Assembly (NCBI GenBank): GCA_023144035.1
Contig: JAGLGM010000001.1
Location: 65,091-129,090 of the forward strand
Length of the DNA: 64,000 nt
Reading direction: 5' to 3'
Origin: Candidatus Pacearchaeota archaeon
Lineage (GTDB): Archaea; Nanobdellota; Nanobdellia; Pacearchaeales; GW2011-AR1
Shown here: positions 57,646 to 64,000 of the stretch, in pieces
How positions within the stretch are numbered: the first letter of the stretch is position 1
How the letters are laid out: the number at the start of each line of letters is the position of its first letter
The notes under the pieces: model-generated
Seen by the model: only the letters and a program-made list of their open reading frames with translations
Told to the model about the DNA's origin: nothing
Database searches by the model: none
Position numbers and translations under genes: made by a program

Positions 57646-59277
57646 ATGGCAATTATAACAATAAATAAAAATCAATTTGAAAAAGAAATAGGAAAGTTGG
57701 ATGAAAAAATGCAAGATAGAATTGCTATGTTTGGAACACCTATTGAAAATATAACAAATGAGGAACTTCAAATAGAAATATTTCCAAATAGACCAGATAT
57801 GCTTTCATATCAAGGATTTAAACGTTCTTTTTTAAGTTTTTTAGGGAAAAAAACAGGATTAAAAAAATATAAAATAAACAAACCTGAAAAAAACTATAAA
57901 GTAATTATAGATTCTTCTGTGAAAAATATTAGACCCTACACAACTTGTGCAATTGTTAAAAAATTAAAATTAGATGAAAATAAAATAAAAGAATTAATTG
58001 AAATTCAAGAAAAATTACATATCACAATTGGAAGAAAAAGAAAAAAAGTTGCAATAGGTATTTATCCCTTAGATAAAATAAAACTACCTATAACTTTCAA
58101 AGCTTTAGAACCTGACAAAATAAAATTTCTTCCTTTAGAAGCAGATAAAGAAATGTCTGGGCTACAAATTTTGCAAAAACATTCTGCTGGAAAAGATTAT
58201 GCACATCTTTTATCAGGAAAAGCTAAATTTCCTATTTTTATAGATTCAAATAAAAATATTTTAAGTATGCCTCCAATAATAAATTCCCATCTAACTGGAA
58301 AAATGACAGAAGATACAAAAGATATTTTTATAGAATGTTCTGGTTTTGATTTAAAAATTCTTAATAAATGTTTAAACATAATTGTAACAAGTTTAGCAGA
58401 TATGGGTGGAGAAATTTATTCTATGGAACTTAAATACAAAAGGAAACTAACAACTCCAAATCTAAATACAGAAAAAAGAAAGATTTCTTTAGAAAATACA
58501 AATAAATTATTAGGATTAAATCTTACTGAAAAACAATTGAAAAATCTAATTGAAAAAATGGGGCATGATTATTCAAAAGAAACTGTTGAAATTCCTGCGT
58601 GGAGAACAGATATTTTACATGAAGTTGATTTAATTGAAGATGTTGCAATTGCATATGGTTATGAAAACTTTATACCAGAAATTCCAGAAGTATCAACAAT
58701 TGGTCAAGAAAATCAAAGAGAAATAATAAAGAAAAAAATATCTGAACTTTTAATCGGATTAAATTTATTAGAAATTTCAAATTATCATTTAACAAATAAA
58801 AAAGACCAATTCAAAAATATGGGCTTTTCTGAAAAACAAGAAAAAGATTATATTGAAGTTGAAGAATCTAAAACAGATTACACAATACTAAGAAAAGATT
58901 TAACACATTATTTATTAAAAATACTCTCTCAAAATATTGATTCAGAATATCCTCAAAAAATCTTTGAAGTTGGAACAGTATTTAATCCAGATGAAAATGA
59001 AAAACTTGCCGTTGCATTAACTCCTGGAAACTTCACAGAAATTAGACAAGTTTTGGAATATGTTTCTAGAATGCTAAATTTAGATATTAAATTAAAAGAA
59101 ACAGAAAACACCCCAGATTATTTTATAGAAGGAAGAGTTGGTGAAATTACATTAGACAATAAACCAATAGGATTTATAGGTGAAATTCATCCAAAAATAT
59201 TAAAGAACTGGAAAATCAAAATGCCAGTTGCTCTTTTTGAAATAGACTTAGAAGGTGTTTTTGAAAAGTTGGAATAA
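57646..59277 (+). CDS. pheT: Phenylalanyl-tRNA synthetase beta subunit
   Basis: PNRPDMLS, QEKLH, SMPPIINS and RTDILHEVDLIEDVAIAYGY motifs. Confidence 0.97.
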   Translation: MAIITINKNQFEKEIGKLDEKMQDRIAMFGTPIENITNEELQIEIFPNRPDMLSYQGFKRSFLSFLGKKTGLKKYKINKPEKNYKVIIDSSVKNIRPYTTCAIVKKLKLDENKIKELIEIQEKLHITIGRKRKKVAIGIYPLDKIKLPITFKALEPDKIKFLPLEADKEMSGLQILQKHSAGKDYAHLLSGKAKFPIFIDSNKNILSMPPIINSHLTGKMTEDTKDIFIECSGFDLKILNKCLNIIVTSLADMGGEIYSMELKYKRKLTTPNLNTEKRKISLENTNKLLGLNLTEKQLKNLIEKMGHDYSKETVEIPAWRTDILHEVDLIEDVAIAYGYENFIPEIPEVSTIGQENQREIIKKKISELLIGLNLLEISNYHLTNKKDQFKNMGFSEKQEKDYIEVEESKTDYTILRKDLTHYLLKILSQNIDSEYPQKIFEVGTVFNPDENEKLAVALTPGNFTEIRQVLEYVSRMLNLDIKLKETENTPDYFIEGRVGEITLDNKPIGFIGEIHPKILKNWKIKMPVALFEIDLEGVFEKLE

Positions 59278-60516
59278 TCACTCTTCTTTATATTTTCCAC
59301 CCATCTCTCTTTTTATTTTTTTAACACTTTCATCAATATTATTTCTTAGTAAATTTAAATTTTTTCTTATATACTCTCCAGAATTAATAATTGTAGTTGC
59401 TTTTATTTGCATGGCATCAATATTTTTGAAATTATCTTCCATAGTATTTAACTCAGATGAAATTTTATCAAAATCTACACATTCCTCAGAACCAATAATT
59501 TCTTTAAGAGCAAAAAGTCTAGCAATACGATATGCGAAATATAAGTTATCTTCATCATAATAAGTTATAATATATTTATCAGTTATTTTAATAGGGCAAA
59601 GTTCCCGTGGCATTAAATCTCTTTTTGCAAAAAGGAAAATTCCAAAAACTGCATTTCTATTTTGTATTGCTTCATTTATTTCATCTATTGTTTTTTTAGT
59701 AGAATAACTTGAACTATCTTTACATTCTACAACAATCTTTTTCTTATTTTCAAGCTCTATTAATACATCTCCTTTTTTACTTCCAACACCAGATTTTTCT
59801 CCAATAAGTTCAATAGTATTTTCATAATAACTTGCTAAAGTTTGTAAAGTTGAATAAACTTCTTCTTCAAACTCAAATCCTTTTTCAGTTCCCCTTTGTT
59901 TTACTTCATCAATTGCACTTTTTTTCAACACTTCATCTCTAATATCTTTTATTTCTTTATCTCTCATATCATTTAATTTTTCTAATATTTGTTCTTTAAG
60001 ATATCTAGCAGGAGAATCTGTTTTATTTGAATCAAGTAACTCATGTAACTTCTTTTCATCCATTTCAGAATTTTTTCTTAATTCTTCAATTAAAAGAGAT
60101 AAAGCACTTTTTTTATTATCAATATTAAATGTTTCATCAATTATATTTCTTATTTGTCCTTTATCTTTATTAAAATATTCATCAATTAGTTCTTTCATTT
60201 GAAATAATGGACTTTGAGTATTACTTAAACTAAAAGTTGTATCAATTTTGTCATTAAAATTACATGTTTGCTTCTCAAATACTTCTTTTGCTTTAATTAT
60301 AAATTTATTAAATTCTTTTTCAACAAAATCTACATTTTCAGTTAAAACCATTTGTCTTAAACCTACACAACCAATAATTAATGCCTTTTTTGCCCAATCT
60401 TCTAAATTTTCTTTATCTTTTAAAAAATTATATACTTCTGGACTAGATATCTTTAAATTTTGAATAAGAATTTCTTCGTTCTCTTTATCAAGGATAATTT
60501 TATTGTCTTCTGCCAT
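59278..60516 (-). CDS. Coiled-coil protein with PD-(D/E)xK nuclease-like domain
   Basis: KGFEFEE...KGDVLI...IVVECKD flanked by long helical segments. Confidence 0.6.
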   Translation of the reverse strand: MAEDNKIILDKENEEILIQNLKISSPEVYNFLKDKENLEDWAKKALIIGCVGLRQMVLTENVDFVEKEFNKFIIKAKEVFEKQTCNFNDKIDTTFSLSNTQSPLFQMKELIDEYFNKDKGQIRNIIDETFNIDNKKSALSLLIEELRKNSEMDEKKLHELLDSNKTDSPARYLKEQILEKLNDMRDKEIKDIRDEVLKKSAIDEVKQRGTEKGFEFEEEVYSTLQTLASYYENTIELIGEKSGVGSKKGDVLIELENKKKIVVECKDSSSYSTKKTIDEINEAIQNRNAVFGIFLFAKRDLMPRELCPIKITDKYIITYYDEDNLYFAYRIARLFALKEIIGSEECVDFDKISSELNTMEDNFKNIDAMQIKATTIINSGEYIRKNLNLLRNNIDESVKKIKREMGGKYKEE

Positions 60517-60584
60517 ATTTTAAAGAAAAAATAAAACTATTTAAATATTTAGAAATCTCTATTTCAAGTATTAAATCTAATCAA

Positions 60585-61073
60585 TCACCCAAAATAATCT
60601 TTATTTTTAGATTCAGATTTATTATTGTCCCAATTATCATTTGCTTTTTTAATAATTCCTAATAAATCTTCTTTCATAGTCTGCCACATTAAATATGATT
60701 CTTTAATAAACAAAGCTTCTTTTTCTTCAGAATATTTTATATCTAATTCAATTAACTTAAGTTCATTTCTGGATAATTTTTTATAAATTTCAGTTAATTT
60801 ATCTTTTTCTCCATTTTCTAAAGATTTAATTAAAGAATAAATAAACATTTGAACATTAGTTGGATTTAAAATAGCTTCAACAAACCTCATATATGTTGAT
60901 AATTTATCAGCCATAAATCTTCTAATTTCTCTAATTAATAATTCTACTTCAATTTCTGAAGCTTTCTCAATATTAAAATCTTCATTAAGTTCTTCAAAGC
61001 TTGGTAAATTATATTTTCCTTGGATTTCACTATATTCTTGTTTTAGTGAATCTAAACCATATTTTCTTTCCAT
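60585..61073 (-). CDS. Hypothetical all-helical protein
   Basis: 162-aa ORF (KYNLPSFEELNEDF), TATA-like box upstream. Confidence 0.7.
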   Translation of the reverse strand: MERKYGLDSLKQEYSEIQGKYNLPSFEELNEDFNIEKASEIEVELLIREIRRFMADKLSTYMRFVEAILNPTNVQMFIYSLIKSLENGEKDKLTEIYKKLSRNELKLIELDIKYSEEKEALFIKESYLMWQTMKEDLLGIIKKANDNWDNNKSESKNKDYFG

Positions 61074-61125
61074 CTTAAAGACTAAGAAGAAGTGTTTATA
61101 AATTTATAGAAAGTAAGATTATCAT

Positions 61126-61259
61126 GCCTGAATAGCTCAGTTTTGGTAGAGCACTACATTGGTAAGCGAAGGACACAAAGGTTTCCTACCGCACTACCTT
61201 CCTTTAAAATAGGTAAACCAAAAATGTAGAGGTCCTGAGTTCAAGTCTCAGTTCAGGCT
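61126..61259 (+). tRNA. tRNA-Thr(GGU) with 59-nt intron (61165-61223)
   Basis: GCCTGAA/TTCAGGC acceptor; CTACA-TT-GGT-A|intron|A-TGTAG; BHB helix TTGG/CCAA. Confidence 0.9.
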
Positions 61260-61525
61260 TATTTCTTCATTATCTTAAGAAACCACAAAATTAAAAGAAC
61301 AATTAAAAGAGCTACAGAAATAAATCCAAAAATTAATTTTGCAATTCCAAAGAAATTACTCCAAAGTTCATTTGATGTTACAAAACCTAACACTAAAAAT
61401 AAAATAAAAAAGATTAAGAAGAAAACAAGTCTTCTAAAAACCATCTCCAATTTCTTCTGATTATTAAGTCCTTTAGTAGATTTTGAAGAACTTTTCTTTT
61501 TACTCACCTTTTTTTTCTTCACCAT
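61259..61525 (-). CDS. Small two-TM membrane protein
   Basis: Basic N-terminus and two hydrophobic helices. Confidence 0.65.
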   Translation of the reverse strand: MVKKKKVSKKKSSSKSTKGLNNQKKLEMVFRRLVFFLIFFILFLVLGFVTSNELWSNFFGIAKLIFGFISVALLIVLLILWFLKIMKK

Positions 61526-61618
61526 TTTTTATTTCTAAAAAATGAACTTACCAAAACTTCTTGTTTTGAGTTCACCATTTTCTAAGATTATTAAGCTTAA
61601 TTAGTTTATAAATATTAC

Positions 61619-61927
61619 TCAGCTAGTAGAAGTTTCATTAATATGTTTCCAATCCATATCTATTGCATGTGTTGTAATTGTTTTTAAATTTCCAAATATA
61701 GAACCTAACCATGAAATATAAAGAGTACCAGCTTCTTTAACTCCTACAGGTGATTTAAAATCTATTTCTTCTCCTTTAAGAACTGCTGTAAAACTAAGAT
61801 AGGTAAATAATATTAAAAAAATTAAAAATATTGCAAATAACTTGTGTTTAAATCTCTTTACTTCTATTATAATCCACACAGCAATAATTAATACTGCTAC
61901 AATTAATAAGGTCACCCCAACTGCCAT
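61619..61927 (-). CDS. Small membrane protein
   Basis: Two hydrophobic helices separated by KRFKHK. Confidence 0.65.
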   Translation of the reverse strand: MAVGVTLLIVAVLIIAVWIIIEVKRFKHKLFAIFLIFLILFTYLSFTAVLKGEEIDFKSPVGVKEAGTLYISWLGSIFGNLKTITTHAIDMDWKHINETSTS

Positions 61928-62028
61928 CACAAACAAAAGTTCAGAAACTATAAAAATCTTTCGAATAATAGCCCTACCAGTATCCTCGTTAGTTCTCGTG
62001 CCATTTGGTATCGAACCTTGGTTCGAAA

Positions 62029-62101
62029 TAGCCCTACCAGGATTCGAACCTGGGTCAACTGGCCCAGAACCAATTATATTTGACCACTATACTATAGGGC
62101 T
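62029..62101 (-). tRNA. tRNA-Gln(CUG), intronless
   Basis: AGCCCTA/TAGGGCT acceptor; ATTGG-TT-CTG-GG-CCAGT anticodon arm; GGTTCGAATCC T-arm. Confidence 0.93.
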
Positions 62102-62153
62102 ATATTTACATTATAATCAATAAATTTAAATATCTTTTCTCCTTTAAAAAAGA

Positions 62154-62405
62154 ATGAAAGAAAAAGAAATTGGAAAAGTTTCTAGCTTTTTTAGCCATGT
62201 TGGTGTTGCTGCCATAAAATTGACAAACAATTTAAAGGTCGGTGATAAAATTCACATAAAAGGGAGTACAACTGATTTTGAAGATGTAATTGGAAGTATT
62301 CAAATAGAAAGAAAAGAAGTTCAAAAAGCAGGAAGTGGAGACCATATTGGAATAAAAGTTCAAGAAAAAGTTAGACCAAATGATACAGTTTTCCTAGTTT
62401 CATAA
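62154..62405 (+). CDS. Small translation-factor-like beta-barrel protein
   Basis: IGKVS.FF..VGVAAI.L...LKVGD.I.IKG.TTDF...SIQIE. Confidence 0.8.
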   Translation: MKEKEIGKVSSFFSHVGVAAIKLTNNLKVGDKIHIKGSTTDFEDVIGSIQIERKEVQKAGSGDHIGIKVQEKVRPNDTVFLVS

Positions 62406-62508
62406 AATTTAACAAAATTTTTAAGAAGAGTAAGAAATTCATAGAATTTTTTAGTGGAATAATTTAAAAAGATTTTTTATTTAATTTTTATATTGTTTAA
62501 TCAGGCGC

Positions 62509-62661
62509 GCCCCGATAGTTCAGTGGCCAAGAATGCCGCCCTCTCAAAAACTAAATAAGAAAGTATATCTTGTCTCGATGAGAGAAAAGATTTATGTATC
62601 TCAATACAACTTTCTTTTTTAGAGAACGGCGGTGACCCGAGTTCAAATCTCGGTCGGGGCG
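62509..62661 (+). tRNA. tRNA-Glu(CUC) with 80-nt intron (62547-62626)
   Basis: GCCCCGA/TCGGGGC acceptor; CCGCC-CT-CTC-A|intron|C-GGCGG; BHB helix CTCT/AGAG. Confidence 0.92.
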
Positions 62662-62741
62662 TTAGATTTGAACAAAATAGTTCAACGCCAAGAAGGCGCG
62701 AGTACCTGTTAACAGGATCCCGGCAGGGGCGTTAATTTAAA

Positions 62742-63398
62742 ATGAACAAACAAGAAAAAATTCAAAAAAGTTTAAAGATTTTAAGTAAAATCTATTATAG
62801 TAATGAAAAAACTACTTTAAATCGTATGAGAAAAAAACCAGATGCTTTTAAAATTTTAATCTCTTGTTTACTTTCTTTAAGAACTCAAAATAAAAATACA
62901 AAAAAAGCTTCTACAAAATTATATCAAATTGCAAATACTCCTAAAGAAATTTCACAACTTCCAATTAAAAAATTAGAAAAGCTTATTTTTTCTTCAGGTC
63001 ACTATAAAAAGAAAGCAAGAATATTGCAATCTGTTTCAAAAGAACTAATTAAAAGATTTAATTCTAAAGTTCCTCACACAAAAGAAGAATTATTATCAAT
63101 AAAAGGAATTGGTCCAAAAACAGCAAATATTGTTTTAGCCTTTGCATTTAATAAAAATGTTATTCCTGTAGATACTCATGTTCATAGGATTCCAAATAGA
63201 CTTGGATGGATTAAAACAAAAACTCCAGAGCAAACAGAAACAAAACTTGAAAGAATATTACCTAAAAAGCACTGGAAAGAATTTAATGCTATTTTTGTAC
63301 AATTTGGTCAAACAATCTGTCAACCAATTTCTCCATGGTGTAGTAAGTGTCCAATAAGTAAATATTGTTCAAAAACCAATATAAATCATAGTAGATAA
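62742..63398 (+). CDS. nth: Endonuclease III (HhH-GPD, FeS)
   Basis: LLSIKGIGPKTAN, VDTHVHRI.NRLG and C-x6-C-x2-C-x5-C motifs. Confidence 0.95.
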   Translation: MNKQEKIQKSLKILSKIYYSNEKTTLNRMRKKPDAFKILISCLLSLRTQNKNTKKASTKLYQIANTPKEISQLPIKKLEKLIFSSGHYKKKARILQSVSKELIKRFNSKVPHTKEELLSIKGIGPKTANIVLAFAFNKNVIPVDTHVHRIPNRLGWIKTKTPEQTETKLERILPKKHWKEFNAIFVQFGQTICQPISPWCSKCPISKYCSKTNINHSR

Positions 63399-63429
63399 TT
63401 TTATAAATCAATTTTCTCTTTCTTCAACT

Positions 63430-63546
63430 ATGAAAAGGAGCTCAAGACGTTGGAAAAAGAAAAGACAAATGCGTTGGAAGTGGCAACGTAAAAGACTTAA
63501 GAAAGAAAAGCGTAAAAGAAAAATGAGAAGAGCTAGGTCTAAATAA
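63430..63546 (+). CDS. rpl41e: Ribosomal protein L41e (eL41/eS32), 38 aa; not in ORF track
   Basis: MKRSSRRWKKKRQMRWKWQRKRLKKEKRKRKMRRARSK. Confidence 0.85.
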   Translation: MKRSSRRWKKKRQMRWKWQRKRLKKEKRKRKMRRARSK

Positions 63547-63548
63547 TT

Positions 63549-64000
63549 CTATTTTATAACTTCAAAATCTACAGAATAATTTTCTGAAGGATTATTTTTA
63601 AAAACAGCAGTTATTCTATATTTTCCAGGACCATTTTCCCTTACTCTATCTATGAAATCAGGAGGAGAACTTGAAGCTATAACTCTACCTGTCCACCATC
63701 CAACTATTGCTTGTTTAGAGTCTATATTTGTACCTAATAATCTCCCATCTTCAGTATAACTTTTAAAAGTAACTTCTCCAATTACATTAGGAACATTTAA
63801 TCCAATTCTAAGAAATTCTTTATCTAAATTAAATACTTTTTTTCCTAAACCACTAAACTCATATGTTTCATATTTTTTATTCTTATTTACATCTTGCCAA
63901 TTATTATAAACAAAAAGCCCAGTAGGCTCCAAAAGACCATAATTAGGTTTAAGACCTGTAATCTCAAAATCCTTTATAAATATCTTTCCATTGGCTGTTT
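63549..64000 (-). CDS. Hypothetical protein, 5'-truncated by the window edge
   Basis: Frame of ORF 63549-63932 stays open to the window end. Confidence 0.6.
   Translation of the reverse strand, partial: TANGKIFIKDFEITGLKPNYGLLEPTGLFVYNNWQDVNKNKKYETYEFSGLGKKVFNLDKEFLRIGLNVPNVIGEVTFKSYTEDGRLLGTNIDSKQAIVGWWTGRVIASSSPPDFIDRVRENGPGKYRITAVFKNNPSENYSVDFEVIK

Noticed and set aside
61842-62123. 93-aa plus-strand ORF
   Set aside because: Antisense to tRNA-Gln and a membrane-protein gene; spurious.

Overview
Very AT-rich archaeal chromosomal window. Gene content points to a DPANN archaeon, probably Pacearchaeota/Woesearchaeota-like (inference): archaeal ribosomal proteins eS28, L7Ae and eL41, Kae1, Elp3, Rpp30, archaeal-type ThrRS/TrpRS/PheRS, BHB-intron tRNAs, and TATA boxes about 25 bp upstream of many start codons. 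It contains five tRNA genes (four with canonical 37/38 introns, including a rare tRNA-Ile(UAU)), eight putative toxin-antitoxin pairs within the first 32 kb, and a 5212-aa secreted modular fibre protein ending in a peptidase-S74-like chaperone. No integrase, transposase, reverse transcriptase, CRISPR array or phage structural gene was recognised. The most unusual signal is a set of insertions flanked by duplicated target sequence, at three scales. (1) Short inserts with a shared core (ACATAGT..ACTTCGC.TAA) lie inside or at the ends of protein genes and next to tRNA-Ile. (2) Structured 60-71 bp inserts are bracketed by duplicated tRNA ends. (3) Whole TA cassettes are bracketed by a duplicated gene start or a duplicated tRNA-Glu 3' exon. 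Also noted: a K-turn-like L7Ae leader, an Elp3/Trm9-like divergent pair, a receptor-like degenerate nucleotide cyclase, an H1-tail-like small basic protein, and two frameshifted genes. All product calls come from motif recognition by eye; no database searches were run.
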